From assembly GCA_030167865.1 (NCBI GenBank), contig JALAGF010005797.1, forward strand, positions 1 to 45,839: 45,839 nucleotides of DNA, in the 5' to 3' direction. Shown here piece after piece: positions 44,203 to 45,839 of the stretch (position 1 is its first letter; every line of letters starts with the position of its first letter). This stretch comes from Craspedostauros australis (taxonomy: Eukaryota). Position numbers and translations under genes: made by a program. The notes under the pieces were generated by a model. The model was not told the DNA's origin and made no database searches. It saw only the letters and a list, made by a program, of their open reading frames with translations.

Positions 44203-44759
44203 CTGCTGTTGGGTACGTTCATTGTGCAAACCAACCTTACTGTTTGCTTGCTTTGTTGACTATTATTGCACCTGCTCTGTTGGAAGAGCACATCCATTCG
44301 CTTGCTAGCTTCGTGCCATCTCTCCAGTGTTGTGGCAAGCGCAAGGATTGATGCTTGCCTGCGCCCATCCGTCATGGCAAGTTCACCATCTGTAATATTC
44401 TCTGCAATACCGTGCAAGTGCAAGCTACTATTCATTCCATCCCTCTTGCATTGAAAACCAATACTCCATCATTCACTACATATCAGTCATATGCTTGGAT
44501 AGAACAAGAAGCCTCCTCTTGGACAACAAGAGCATGAATACAAACTCCCAATCAGTTGCGCTGTTGTATGAGATTGGATCCAACCGCAAAGGAGCACAAC
44601 GCTGATTTAGAAATCGATCAAGGCGCAAGGTATTCGTATGAATGCAATGTGTGAGACCTGTGACAGCCACAGAACAAAAGCAAGTAGGAACGGAAAGGGC
44701 CACAGCTGCAATGAAAACGGAATGAAATGAAAACAGTTGCTGGTGATATTGTGGCACCG

Positions 44760-45600
44760 GATTGATGTAGAAGAACAAGTGGTAGTTGCCAGTGTGTTGG
44801 ACCAGTGCCCCAGTTGCAGAGACTGTGAGGATGCATTGCACTTCTGGCAGTGCGCAGGGGAGGACCGGCGTAAAATCTCAAGGAGGCATTTATGGGAGTT
44901 GCGGCACTGGATGCGGAAATATCCCACGAAGCCTGAAATCGCCATCAATATGACCGCCATCCTGCAAAGCCAGCTTGAGGGGTCGGTCCATCTCAGGGCT
45001 ACCAGCCTGGGCAGCTCTCTCCATGAGGCAGTTTGGCAGCAGTTCGCTGTGGGTCCACAGGCGCTCAGAAAAGGACTCCTAGACAGGCAGTGGGAACCGA
45101 TGCAGAGCAAATTTCTGCAGCAGCAACAGCCTCGGAAATTGGAAGACAAGTGGTCCAGGCAGCTCATACGTTGCATTTGGCGCAATGCCTGGTTGCAATG
45201 GAGAGCACGCAACGAGACATTGTTCGAAGGTCAAGACTCGGCCGAAGCTGGGACGGTTTAAGCCCTACATGACAGGGCAGAATCACTCCATCTTTACCTC
45301 GAGCAGGACCGAACCAAGCATCTATGGCGACTACAGACGGCGCTGGTCGGCGAGGCACAGATGGCACAGGTCATGGTATGGGTGGAGCAAGCCGCGCTGA
45401 CGCTACCCAAACCGGCCGCCTCTGGCGCCCTGCTCAAGTGGCTGAAATGCAGACAACAAGCTCACCCAACCCCCCTCCCCCACTGGCAAAGACGCCCTTG
45501 GCAGCACACAAGGAGAAAACCACATAAACAGCATACACACACAAAGCATAGATTCCGTGCTCCCTTCGTGCCCCGCACGAAGTTGAAAGGAGACGGAGAA
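44760..45600 (+). mobile_element. 3' fragment of a non-LTR retrotransposon (LINE ORF2 C-terminus)
   Basis: CCHC knuckle CPSCRDCEDALHFWQC, LRKGLLDRQW and WRNAWLQWRARNETL (WxxWxxRN motif); frameshift near 45260; CpG-poor. Boundaries are approximate. Confidence 0.75.
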
Positions 45601-45839
45601 TAGCGCCACCAGCGCAGCCTCATAAGTGGGTTTAATCTCTGTGTTATTCTTGTTATGGTAGTCGCCAGTGTGTTATTCGCAATAGCATTGCTTAAAATTA
45701 GAGAGCAAGCAACTTTATATTGAATGCAAACAACGACAACACCTACCGAGTGTCCGAAACTACGCCATTACTACGTGAAAACGTGGACAACAAAAATGTA
45801 CGAAGAAAATACACGAAGAAAATGTGTGACGAGACGAGT

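Overview
Eukaryotic nuclear DNA, almost certainly from a diatom: GT-AG introns of about 200-380 nt, bipartite signal-peptide + ASAF-type plastid presequences, and silicanin-like genes. Positions 1-28.3 kb are gene-dense: plastid uroporphyrinogen decarboxylase, an atypical plastid thioredoxin (WCKSC), a tandem pair of silicanin-1-like membrane proteins, RBM19/MRD1, a PSMD5-like proteasome chaperone, cytosolic G6PDH, a TM9SF/nonaspanin, acetate kinase, and a plastid-presequence P-loop NTPase with a degenerate nuclease-like C-terminus (Crinkler/CR-effector-like layout). The rest holds a decayed tyrosine-recombinase (DIRS/Ngaro-like) retroelement, an ABCG half-transporter broken by assembly gaps, an mTERF-repeat ORF, about 4.7 kb of ORF-poor DNA, a GT61-like glycosyltransferase and a transposon-rich end (palindromic repeat array, LINE fragment). 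The most interesting signals are the silicanin pair with a shared KKxPL(I/M) C-terminus visible only after splicing, the plastid-directed NTPase/REase-like protein, a recurrent ACTCGTA motif in gene-proximal non-coding DNA, and CpG depletion marking the TE relics. All family calls come from manual motif recognition; no database searches were run.
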